Shown piece after piece: positions 38,883 through 47,576 of a DNA stretch of 64,000 nucleotides. The stretch's first letter is position 1. Each line of letters opens with the position of its first letter. The notes under the pieces are model-generated. The model was not told the origin of the DNA. It searched no databases and was given only the letters and a program-made list of their open reading frames with translations. The DNA is from Candidatus Hydrothermus pacificus (GTDB taxonomy: Bacteria; Hydrothermota; Hydrothermia; Hydrothermales; Hydrothermaceae): assembly GCA_002011615.1 (NCBI GenBank), contig MTOH01000001.1, positions 134,549-198,548 of the forward strand. Reading direction: 5' to 3'. Position numbers and translations under genes: made by a program.

Positions 38883-39970
38883 TATTTTCTTATTTTTATC
38901 ATTGTGATAACACCTGCGGTAAAGAAAATGATGTTGGGAATCCAGGGAGCTATATGGGGTGGTAATTTTCCTGTCTCTCCCATTGCTCTGCTTATTTCCA
39001 TTAATCCCCAGTAGACAAAAGAAATAAAAGAACCCAGTGCAAAGGCAAAAGTCCGCCCGCTTTTTTCAAGAGTAAAAGACAGAGGTAAAGCGAAAAACAG
39101 AGTTAAGAGACTCACCAGGGGGAATGCTATTCTTGAATGGGCTTCAACCAGTTCTCTTGAAAAATCAAAACCTGCATCTTTTAAAGAATTTATAAGAGAT
39201 AAAAGTTCAAAAAAACCCATCTCATCCACTGTCTTTTTTTCCTTCAATATATTTAACGGAGATGAAAGCAGATCAGAGTAGAACTTTTCCTTGAAGTCCT
39301 TAACATGTTTTATATTACCGTTAATATAAAAAACTCTTTCTATTACATTATAAAATCTCCATCCATTTCCTTCAAAAACTCCTGACTCTGCATCAATTCT
39401 TCTCACAGGATTACCTTTTTCAAAGGTTAAAACTATTATGTTTTTTGCCCTTTTATCTTTTGAAGAAATATAGCCAAATATATAAAAGTTTTTACCTCTT
39501 TTTTCTAGAAAGGACAGGTCTCTTGCAGACACTCTTTCACCAGGAGGAGGTATTTTTTTTATATACCTGTAATTTATTTCGGTAAACTTTTTTTGAGCAA
39601 CAGGTTTTACAAATTCCTGGTCAAGAAAAGATGTAGAGGTTAAAAAAAAACCAAAAATTATTAAAGGCATTGAAAGCCTCACCAGGTTTATACCAGAAGC
39701 TTTCATTGCAACAATCTCTTTTTTTCTGGCAAGTCCTCCTATGGCAAAAAAGGGAGTTAGAAGCAGCGCAGCAGGTAATAATAGAATATAAAGGTCCGGA
39801 ATCTGATATAGATAATACTCAACAACGAAAATTGGTTTAACATCTGCTTTTAAAAATTTATCAAGTTTCTCAAAAAAATCCACAACTATGTAGAGGATTA
39901 TTATACCAAAAAGAAAAATTATAAAATATTTTATAAATTCTTTTAAAAGATAGATATCTATCTTTTTCAT
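38882..39970 (-). CDS. LptF/LptG-family LPS export permease
   Basis: N-terminus IYLLKEFIKYFIIFLFGIIILY. Six TM helices with a central periplasmic beta-jellyroll region; 362 aa. Confidence 0.8.
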   Translation of the reverse strand: MKKIDIYLLKEFIKYFIIFLFGIIILYIVVDFFEKLDKFLKADVKPIFVVEYYLYQIPDLYILLLPAALLLTPFFAIGGLARKKEIVAMKASGINLVRLSMPLIIFGFFLTSTSFLDQEFVKPVAQKKFTEINYRYIKKIPPPGERVSARDLSFLEKRGKNFYIFGYISSKDKRAKNIIVLTFEKGNPVRRIDAESGVFEGNGWRFYNVIERVFYINGNIKHVKDFKEKFYSDLLSSPLNILKEKKTVDEMGFFELLSLINSLKDAGFDFSRELVEAHSRIAFPLVSLLTLFFALPLSFTLEKSGRTFAFALGSFISFVYWGLMEISRAMGETGKLPPHIAPWIPNIIFFTAGVITMIKIRK

Positions 39971-42009
39971 ATCTTTTTCATCCCCTTTGCATATTCAAGA
40001 ACGATTTTCTTAATTCCACTTTTATAAAACATTATGTTTGCCTTTCCATCATAAATATCAAGGATTTTACCTATGCCAAATGCAGGATGAAGAACCCTGT
40101 CTCCTTTTTCAAAATCTATCTTCCTTGTAATTTCAGGCTTTTTATTCCATATATATGTGTCCTCTGGCAGGTCAAATAAAAATCTGCTTGGCTCCAGAAA
40201 ACCTTTACCCCTTGCAAACCTGCTTCTTGCGTATAGAATATAAAGCTTTTCTTTTGCCCTTGTCATTGCAACATGGAAAAGGCGTCTTTCTTCTTCCAGT
40301 TCTTCATCAGAATCAAAGGCCGCTTTATGGGGAAATGTCCCATCTTCAACTCCGGCTATTATCACACATGGGGCTTCAAGACCTTTAGCATTATGAACAG
40401 TAAGAAGAGGTACAACAACCTGTTTCTCGCTGTATTCATCAGCATCTGTTTTTATTGCAAGAGAAGAGAGATATGCAATTATTGATTTATCTTCACTTCT
40501 GGAACAGAACTCTTTTGTAGAGGCGAGTAGTTCCATTACATGAGAAACCTTTTCCTCATACTCTCTTTTCTCTTTGCACAGGGTTTTAAGATAGTCAAAA
40601 TATTTTATCTTTTTTATGAGTCTATCAAGAACATCGTAAACATCATATTTCCCGGTAGCATCCAGAAGAAATTTAAATACTTTCTTTACATTGTTGAACT
40701 CCTTTTTATACATTCCGGGTATCTTTTTATCATCCAGTGAAATCAGAGTTTCAAAAAGGCTTTTTTCCTGCTTGCTGGCAACCTGTTCAAGATAGCCCAG
40801 TCTTTTTTTACCAAACCCTCTTGGTGGCACATTTATTATCCTTTTAAAACTTATGTCGTCTTTCGGGTTCACCACTGCCCATAAATATGAAAGAAGGTCT
40901 TTAATCTCTTTGCGGTCAAAAAAATGAATACCTCCTATAACCCTGTAAGGTAAATTTTTAATGGTAAAAACCTCTTCAAAAGGATGGGATTGAGCATTTG
41001 TTCTATAAAGAATAAGAAAATCATTAAATCTTCTTTTTTCATTTATTATTATCTCATAAACTTTTTCTGCTTCTTCTCTCTCATCCTGAACTTCAATTAT
41101 CTCTATAAACTCACCGTTTTTCTTTGTGGTATAAATACGCTTACCCACCCTGAGCTTATTTTTTGTTACAAGCTCGCTTGCTGCTTTCAAAATCCTGCCT
41201 GTTGACCTATAGTTTTTTTCCAGTTTATATATTCTGGAGTTTTTAAAATCATGTCTGAATTCCAGTATATTCCTGATTGTCGCTCCTCTGAAAGTATAAA
41301 TTGACTGGTCTTCATCTCCAACAACAAAAAGGTTTTTATACTTGGAAGCAAGCAGTTTTACAAACTTATATTGAACAAAGTTTGTATCCTGAAACTCGTC
41401 AACCAGTATATGTTTAAAATGACTGGAATATCTCTCTCGTACATCTTCATGGCTTTCAAGCAAATAAACCCCATAAAGCAGAATATCGTCAAAATCCATG
41501 GCGTTTGACTTTTTCAACCTCTGGTTATACTTTATCATAATATCTCCTTCCTTATCATTCTGAACCTCATCAACTCCTATCTTTATTCTTGAAATCTTGT
41601 GAAGCATAAAATTTATGCTGTCACCCTCTGTGTTCATTATTTCTCTCAGTATGTTTTTCTGGTCTTCTCTATCATAAATTGAAAAATCTGACGAATAGCC
41701 AACCCTGTCAGCATATCTTCTTAATATTCTTAATATTAAAGAATGGAATGTCCCCAGCCATATACCTTTCACATCTTTTCCCAGAAGAGAGGCAACTCTT
41801 TCACGCATCTCTTCAGCAGCTTTATTTGTGAAAGTGGTTGCGAATATATTTACAGGTTTAACATTATTATATTTTATCAGGTAGTAAATTCTATATGTTA
41901 AAACTCTTGTCTTACCTGTTCCAGCGCCTGCAAGAACAAGAGCAGGACCTTTTTTATGAGTCACCGCTTTAAACTGTTCTATGTTCAATATCTTTTTAAG
42001 CTCATCCAT
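39967..42009 (-). CDS. ATP-dependent DNA helicase (UvrD/PcrA/Rep family)
   Basis: Motif I LVLAGAGTGKTRVLTYRI. Motif II VDEFQDTN. Motifs III-VI present. C-terminal Tudor-like tail (…GDRVLHPAFGIGKI…). Confidence 0.9.
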   Translation of the reverse strand: MDELKKILNIEQFKAVTHKKGPALVLAGAGTGKTRVLTYRIYYLIKYNNVKPVNIFATTFTNKAAEEMRERVASLLGKDVKGIWLGTFHSLILRILRRYADRVGYSSDFSIYDREDQKNILREIMNTEGDSINFMLHKISRIKIGVDEVQNDKEGDIMIKYNQRLKKSNAMDFDDILLYGVYLLESHEDVRERYSSHFKHILVDEFQDTNFVQYKFVKLLASKYKNLFVVGDEDQSIYTFRGATIRNILEFRHDFKNSRIYKLEKNYRSTGRILKAASELVTKNKLRVGKRIYTTKKNGEFIEIIEVQDEREEAEKVYEIIINEKRRFNDFLILYRTNAQSHPFEEVFTIKNLPYRVIGGIHFFDRKEIKDLLSYLWAVVNPKDDISFKRIINVPPRGFGKKRLGYLEQVASKQEKSLFETLISLDDKKIPGMYKKEFNNVKKVFKFLLDATGKYDVYDVLDRLIKKIKYFDYLKTLCKEKREYEEKVSHVMELLASTKEFCSRSEDKSIIAYLSSLAIKTDADEYSEKQVVVPLLTVHNAKGLEAPCVIIAGVEDGTFPHKAAFDSDEELEEERRLFHVAMTRAKEKLYILYARSRFARGKGFLEPSRFLFDLPEDTYIWNKKPEITRKIDFEKGDRVLHPAFGIGKILDIYDGKANIMFYKSGIKKIVLEYAKGMKKI

Positions 42010-42466
42010 TTCTAATTCTCTTTATTATTTCAGTTGTTGAAAATCCCTCTAAATAGGGAATCACTATTACTTTTCCGCCTTTTTTCTTAACAAACTCTGC
42101 TCCCACAATTTCCCCCTCTTTATAATCTCCTCCTTTAACAAGAACATCAGGTTCAATCTCCATAATAAGTTTTTCAGGAGTTTCTTCATCAAAAAGGACC
42201 ACATAATCCACTCCCTTTATATTATCTATTATAAAGCTTCTGTCTTCTTCTTTCAAAATGGGTCTTTTTTCTCCCTTAATTTTTTTAACCGAAAGGTCAC
42301 TGTTTAAACCGATGAACAAAATATCCCCGAGCTTTTTTGACTCTCTTATAAGATATATGTGTCCTTTATGAATTAAGTCAAAACAGCCATTTGTAAAAAC
42401 TATCTTTTTACCATCTTTTTTTAACTCTTTAACTAACTCTTTTATTTCCCGCCTGTTGAGTATCAT
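42002..42466 (-). CDS. D-glycero-beta-D-manno-heptose 1-phosphate adenylyltransferase (RfaE domain II-like cytidylyltransferase)
   Basis: IVFTNGCFDLIHKGHIYLI (HxGH nucleotidyltransferase motif); 154 aa. Confidence 0.8.
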   Translation of the reverse strand: MILNRREIKELVKELKKDGKKIVFTNGCFDLIHKGHIYLIRESKKLGDILFIGLNSDLSVKKIKGEKRPILKEEDRSFIIDNIKGVDYVVLFDEETPEKLIMEIEPDVLVKGGDYKEGEIVGAEFVKKKGGKVIVIPYLEGFSTTEIIKRIRNG

Positions 42467-43806
42467 TTTAATAGGATATTTATAAAGGATGGATACACTC
42501 CAAGCAAAATAACAAGAAAAAACAGGACAGAAATTATTAAAAGAGGAAACTTCTTTATCGGCTTATCCTTTTCTTTCACCTGAAATATAGCAACACTCAT
42601 TCTCAAATAATAATATGCTGAAATCACTGAATTCAAAAAAGCCAGGAATACAGCAAAGTTGTAACCTTCAAGCAAAGGAATTGAGAATATATAAAACTTA
42701 GCATAAAAGCCTGCTGTGGGAGGTATTCCTGTGAGAGAAAGTAAAAAGATTACTGAAAAGAAAAAAAGTAAAAGAGAGCCTTTTTCTTTCAAACTATCAA
42801 GGGTGAGGTTTTCTCTGTCAAGTTGTTGCAGGCATAAAAGTGCGCCCATCTGCATTATAGAATATGTGATAAGATAAAATACAAGAGCGTCAAAAACCGT
42901 TCTACTCCGGGATATAAAAATTAATAAAATATATCCGGAATGAGCAATTGAGGAAAAAGCAAATATTTTCTTAATATTTTTTTCAAGCAAAGCAGAAAGA
43001 TTTCCCAGGAACATGGTAAGGATAGAAATTATGACTATATTCAGGAAATTTAAATTTAATTTTTTACTAATAATAAATAAAAATCCAAATACTGAGACTT
43101 TGGGCACTGTGGATATAAAAGAAATAAAGGGGAAAGGCGTTCCCGCAAAAACATCGGGCGTCCAGATATGAAAAGGAACAAAGGCAAGCTTAAAAGCAAA
43201 TCCTGTGAAGAGGAATAAAAGAGCCAGAATAACAAGAGAATTTATTCCACCCTCTCCAAGAGTAGAATAACTCAGCCCTCCTCTGTCAAGATAAAGTAAA
43301 AATATTCCAAAAAGCATTAAAAGAGATGCAAAAGAACCAAGCACAAAATATTTCAGTGCTGACTCATAAGGAAATCCAATCCTTTTAAAAGATGCAATCA
43401 TAATGTATATTGAAAAAGAAAGATATTCAAGGGCAAGAAACGTGAAAAACAGGTTGTTTGACCTCACCATTAAAATCATGGAAAGTAATGAATTGAGCAA
43501 TAAAAAGGGTATCTCCTTATTTAAAACTTCTTTTTTAGTGTAACTCCAGAAAATAAGAAGGGAAAAAAGAGAAGCAAAAATCACAACAAGAGCAAATATT
43601 CTCGTCTCCTGAGAAAAATATAGAAAATAAAAATCTGTAAATATTTGTTTTTTTAAAAGATATAACTCTAATGATATACCGATTATATGAGAAAATACAG
43701 CTATCAGATAGAAGTAAAGAGCCTTTTTTGAAAATATTAAAAAAATCAACACAAGAACTATACCTGTAAAAATAACGATTTCAGTGGCGAGCGGTAAAAT
43801 CTTCAT
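42463..43806 (-). CDS. Complex-I antiporter-like membrane subunit (NuoN/ND2 family)
   Basis: About 14 TM helices. Conserved region …FHIWTPDVFAGTPFPFISFIS… typical of NuoN/MrpD-type proton-translocating subunits. Confidence 0.75.
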   Translation of the reverse strand: MKILPLATEIVIFTGIVLVLIFLIFSKKALYFYLIAVFSHIIGISLELYLLKKQIFTDFYFLYFSQETRIFALVVIFASLFSLLIFWSYTKKEVLNKEIPFLLLNSLLSMILMVRSNNLFFTFLALEYLSFSIYIMIASFKRIGFPYESALKYFVLGSFASLLMLFGIFLLYLDRGGLSYSTLGEGGINSLVILALLFLFTGFAFKLAFVPFHIWTPDVFAGTPFPFISFISTVPKVSVFGFLFIISKKLNLNFLNIVIISILTMFLGNLSALLEKNIKKIFAFSSIAHSGYILLIFISRSRTVFDALVFYLITYSIMQMGALLCLQQLDRENLTLDSLKEKGSLLLFFFSVIFLLSLTGIPPTAGFYAKFYIFSIPLLEGYNFAVFLAFLNSVISAYYYLRMSVAIFQVKEKDKPIKKFPLLIISVLFFLVILLGVYPSFINILLK

Positions 43807-45268
43807 TGCCTTTATCCTCTATCATGTTAAGAGTGGAAATATTGTCATTTGATGTATTTTTAAAGTTTTTCAAAAATGTCACCGGTTTAAGTCCAAGATA
43901 AAGCATTAATAATATAAGAGGAATAAATGAAAGAACCTCATTAAGTTTTAAATCTTTTACCTCGAAATCCTTTGCCTTTCCAAAAATTGTTTTCCTGTAT
44001 GCAGAAAGAAAATATACTGCGGTTAGAATAATTCCCAGCACGCTTATCATTGATAAAACAACTGATTTTTTGAACACCCCGTATAAAATTAAGAATTCAC
44101 CTGCAAAGTTATTAAGACCGGGAAGTCCTATGGATGAGAGTATAGAAAACCCGAATATAAAAGCAAGAACAGGAATTTTACCCGCAAGTCCACCCAGTTT
44201 TCTAATCTCTCTTGTCCCTGTTCTTTTATATATAGCACCTGCTATCATAAAAAGGGCTCCTGTTGTTATACCGTGATTGAAAACCTGAAAAACCGACCCT
44301 AAAAAAGCCTCTTTCTGAAATACAAAAATTCCGAGAATTATAAACCCCATATGACCTATACTGGAATAGGCAATGAGTCTTTTCAGGTCTTTTTGAACCC
44401 AGGCCATAAGGGAACCATATATTATATTAAAAAGAGAAAGCATGATTATGGCATTTGACATCACTTTTACAAACTGAGGAAAAAAGGGAATTGTAAATCT
44501 TATGATTCCATAAACTCCTGTTTTCAAAAGAATCCCTGCAAGGATAACAGAACCAAAAGAAGGCGCCTGTGTATGAGCATCCGGCAACCATGTATGAAAA
44601 GGGAAAAGAGGCACCTTTATAAAGAAGGGAATTGTAAAGAGAAAGAATAAAGTTCCTGAAAGTGACGGAGGTATATATAACTTGGAAAGCAGTCTGATAT
44701 TAAAAGAAAAATACCCCTGTGTATTTTTAAAGTAGAATATTAAAATTAAAATTCCAACTATTAAAAGCACAGAACCAGCCATTGTATACAATAGAAACTT
44801 AAAAGCGGCGTATTCTCTTTTTTCATAGCCCCATCCATAGATTATAAAAAACATAGGAATAAGCATAAATTCCCATGAAATAAAAAATAAAAAAATATCG
44901 CCCGCCATGAAAATCCCATTTATTCCGAATTCTAAAAGAAATGTCCATATTAAAAATTCCTTAACTTTTTCCTCGATCTCGGTTAATGAGAAAATTATGC
45001 CACTTATAAATAAAACAAGGTTTAAAATTACAAGGAGAACTGATATTTTATCTAAATAAAAAGAAAAATTGATATTAAAAACTCTTATCCATGGCTTTGA
45101 ATAAATAAAAGGAATATTTACACTGAAAAGTGCGTACAGAAAATAAATAAAATGGAACAAAAGAAAAAATAAAGATATATAAAAAATTAATTTTTTAAAT
45201 TTAGAAGGGATTAAAAATATAGTGAATACAAATACCAGGGGCAGAAAAAAGAATACAATAAAATGCAT
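43781..45268 (-). CDS. Complex-I antiporter-like membrane subunit (NuoM/ND4 family)
   Basis: …HTWLPDAHTQAPSFGSVILAGILLKTG… matches the NuoM/ND4 core motif. The track ORF (to 45487) runs into the yloV promoter and start, so the true start is probably internal (for example MHFIVFFF…); the 5' end is uncertain. Confidence 0.65.
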   Translation of the reverse strand: MHFIVFFFLPLVFVFTIFLIPSKFKKLIFYISLFFLLFHFIYFLYALFSVNIPFIYSKPWIRVFNINFSFYLDKISVLLVILNLVLFISGIIFSLTEIEEKVKEFLIWTFLLEFGINGIFMAGDIFLFFISWEFMLIPMFFIIYGWGYEKREYAAFKFLLYTMAGSVLLIVGILILIFYFKNTQGYFSFNIRLLSKLYIPPSLSGTLFFLFTIPFFIKVPLFPFHTWLPDAHTQAPSFGSVILAGILLKTGVYGIIRFTIPFFPQFVKVMSNAIIMLSLFNIIYGSLMAWVQKDLKRLIAYSSIGHMGFIILGIFVFQKEAFLGSVFQVFNHGITTGALFMIAGAIYKRTGTREIRKLGGLAGKIPVLAFIFGFSILSSIGLPGLNNFAGEFLILYGVFKKSVVLSMISVLGIILTAVYFLSAYRKTIFGKAKDFEVKDLKLNEVLSFIPLILLMLYLGLKPVTFLKNFKNTSNDNISTLNMIEDKGNEDFTARH

Positions 45269-45407
45269 AAGTTTAATTATAAAGATATAAAAATGAAACT
45301 TCCAAATGTGATTACAATACTCTAAAAAAACAGAATTACAGTTCAAATTAAAACAGAATCTTAAAAATATTTGGAAAATTATAGATTTATATGTTATAAT
45401 AATAAGA

Positions 45408-46910
45408 ATGGTGAAATCCAAGAAGCTCATAGACTCCTTTTTCAACGCGATACTGGGAATCATGGAAAGCAAAGAAAAACTTAACAATTACAATGAATTT
45501 CCAATTCCTGACCATGATGCCGGTATAAATGCATATTTAACTCTCAAACCCTGTTTAAAACTGATAGAATATCGTGAGAAGGACATAAATGAATTTATTA
45601 AAAAGATAGAGGAAAAACTGGAATACTCCAGTGCAGGGAATATTGGAATTATACTACATCTTTTTATACCCGAATTTTTATCTCTCTTCACAAAAGGCTT
45701 ATTACCTGAACCAGAAAGCATAAAAGATTTTTCTGTAAGGATGATTGAAAGGATAAAATCAGTTTTTACCTGGGCACCTGAAGGAACGCCTGTTTCCCTG
45801 TTTAGCTATTTAAAGGAGCAACCCGAAGTAATTTTCAGGGAAAATTTTTCAGATATTATCGCTCACAAACTTAATGAATGGAAAAATAAGCTGGATTTGC
45901 AGAAAGAAAAAGGAGTTCCTGACAGTGGTCTTTATGCTCTATGTTTATTCCTTGAAAAATTCATGAAAGGCTTGAAAACAAAGGAGGAACTATCAGATAT
46001 TTATGAAAAATTAAAGCATGTGGAAGAGGAAAAAGAGAACAATATGAATATATATGAGGGAGACTTCCCGATATTTGTTGACTCTTCTGCTGACATCACC
46101 AATGAGCTTATGGATATTTACAGAGTGGGTATAATTCCTCTTCAAATTATAATAAGTTCTAAAAGGTTTCGTGAAGGTTTTGAAATAAACAGAGAGGAGG
46201 TTTATAAAGAAATAAAACTCATGGAAAAAGAGATTACCACATCTCAGCCATCAAAGTTTGATATAGAAAAGGCAATAAAAAGTCTTATAGACAGGTCAAA
46301 AGAAATTTTAATAATTACCATATCAAAAGGATTATCAGGAACATGGAACACGGTGAAAAGCGTTGCGGATAAAATAGGGAAAGGTAAAGTCACTGTGTTT
46401 GATTCAGAATTTGTGAGTCTTGCTCTGACTCTTTTTGCAATAAGAGCCAGAGAGAAATTGCAAAAAGGTCAGAAATTTCAGGATGTGGTTAATCACCTTA
46501 TAAGAATAAGAGAAAAGAGCTTTCTTTTTTTCACATTAAGAACTTTTGAAAACATAGTAAAAAGTGGAAGAATTTCATGGGCGCAGGGAAAAATTGCCTC
46601 CTTTTTAAAAATGAGACCGATTATGACCCTTGAAAAAGGCAGAGATATAAATAGAACAGGAGTTGCTTTTGGTGATAAGGGGGTAATGAAAAAGATAATT
46701 TCTATTTTAAAAAACAAACTTGACCCATCAATATATTATGATTTTGGAATAGCCCACATAGAAAGAGAAGATGTTGTAAATTTTTTCAAAGATAAATTGC
46801 ACAAAAATTTTAAGGTTAGAAAATTGCTTGTATCCTCTCTTTCTCCGGTTATCGCAATTCATGTTGGATATGGTGCCTACGGAATATTTGCTATACCTTA
46901 TTATGAATAA
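45408..46910 (+). CDS. DAK2(DhaL)-like N-terminal domain fused to DegV fatty-acid-binding domain (YloV-like)
   Basis: C-terminal ~280 aa is DegV-like (…ITISKGLSGTWNTVKSVADKI…). The N-terminal ~220 aa helical domain, with PDHDAGINAY, is consistent with DhaL-type. Sigma-70-like promoter TTGGAA-17-TTATAAT upstream. Confidence 0.65.
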   Translation: MVKSKKLIDSFFNAILGIMESKEKLNNYNEFPIPDHDAGINAYLTLKPCLKLIEYREKDINEFIKKIEEKLEYSSAGNIGIILHLFIPEFLSLFTKGLLPEPESIKDFSVRMIERIKSVFTWAPEGTPVSLFSYLKEQPEVIFRENFSDIIAHKLNEWKNKLDLQKEKGVPDSGLYALCLFLEKFMKGLKTKEELSDIYEKLKHVEEEKENNMNIYEGDFPIFVDSSADITNELMDIYRVGIIPLQIIISSKRFREGFEINREEVYKEIKLMEKEITTSQPSKFDIEKAIKSLIDRSKEILIITISKGLSGTWNTVKSVADKIGKGKVTVFDSEFVSLALTLFAIRAREKLQKGQKFQDVVNHLIRIREKSFLFFTLRTFENIVKSGRISWAQGKIASFLKMRPIMTLEKGRDINRTGVAFGDKGVMKKIISILKNKLDPSIYYDFGIAHIEREDVVNFFKDKLHKNFKVRKLLVSSLSPVIAIHVGYGAYGIFAIPYYE

Positions 46911-46917
46911 AAAAACC

Positions 46918-47031
46918 CCGGCCACGTCCTACTCTCCCATCCCCTTGCGGAGACAGTACCATCGGCCCTGGGGGGCTTAACTTCCGTGTTCGAAATGGGA
47001 ACGGGTGTTTCCCCCCCGGTATAGTGGCCGG
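46918..47031 (-). rRNA. rrf: 5S ribosomal RNA, not linked to 16S/23S in this window
   Basis: Reverse complement reads …CCCGTTCCCATTTCGAACACGGAAGTTAAGCCCCCAGGGCCGATGGTACTG…GGGAGAGTAGGACGTGGCCGG, with the conserved 5S loop/helix signatures (CCGAAC-like, GATGGTACTG, GAGAGTAGG). Confidence 0.8.
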
Positions 47032-47114
47032 AGGAAGATTTTAAGTTTAAAGGAAAAAAATTATACAAGTCAAATCTTTGAAATAAATTCTAAAAGGGCA
47101 TTATAATTTAGAGT

Positions 47115-47576
47115 ATGAATTTAATTGAAGGAGTAAAAGTTAAGAAATTACGAGTGATACCTGATGAAAGAGGCAGGCTTTTTGAAATTCTGAGAAATGA
47201 CGATGAATTCTTTACAGGATTCGGACAGGTATACGTGACCACCGCATATCCCGGAGTGGTGAAAGCATGGCATGCTCATCAAAATCAGAATGATAATATA
47301 ACCTGCATCAATGGTATGATAAAACTTGTCCTGTACGATAACAGAGAAGGAAGCAAAACAAAGGGAATGATAAATGAATTTTTTATAGGTATTCATAACC
47401 CCCTACTTGTCCATATTCCCAGGGAAGTCTGGCATGGCTTTAAAAATATTGGTGAGAAAGAATGTCTTGTGATAAATATACCTGACAGGGCATATAGCTA
47501 TGAAAGTCCCGATGAAAAAAGAAAACCTTTCAACACAGAGGAAATTTCATACGATTGGGAAAGGAAAAATTATTAA
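47115..47576 (+). CDS. Cupin-fold sugar-nucleotide epimerase/isomerase (RmlC/FdtA-like)
   Basis: 153 aa. …VKAWHAHQNQNDNITCINGMIKLVLYD… and WHGFKN resemble the dTDP-4-dehydrorhamnose 3,5-epimerase fold. Confidence 0.65.
   Translation: MNLIEGVKVKKLRVIPDERGRLFEILRNDDEFFTGFGQVYVTTAYPGVVKAWHAHQNQNDNITCINGMIKLVLYDNREGSKTKGMINEFFIGIHNPLLVHIPREVWHGFKNIGEKECLVINIPDRAYSYESPDEKRKPFNTEEISYDWERKNY

Noticed and set aside
43781-45487. Full-length 568-aa NuoM-like ORF as given in the track
   Set aside because: Its first ~70 codons run through the yloV-like promoter and start codon on the opposite strand and lack NuoM-like conservation, so an internal start is more plausible.
46911-47114. Possibility that the 5S gene marks a full rRNA operon
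   Set aside because: Flanking sequence on both sides is AT-rich intergenic or protein-coding with no 23S/16S-like conserved blocks.
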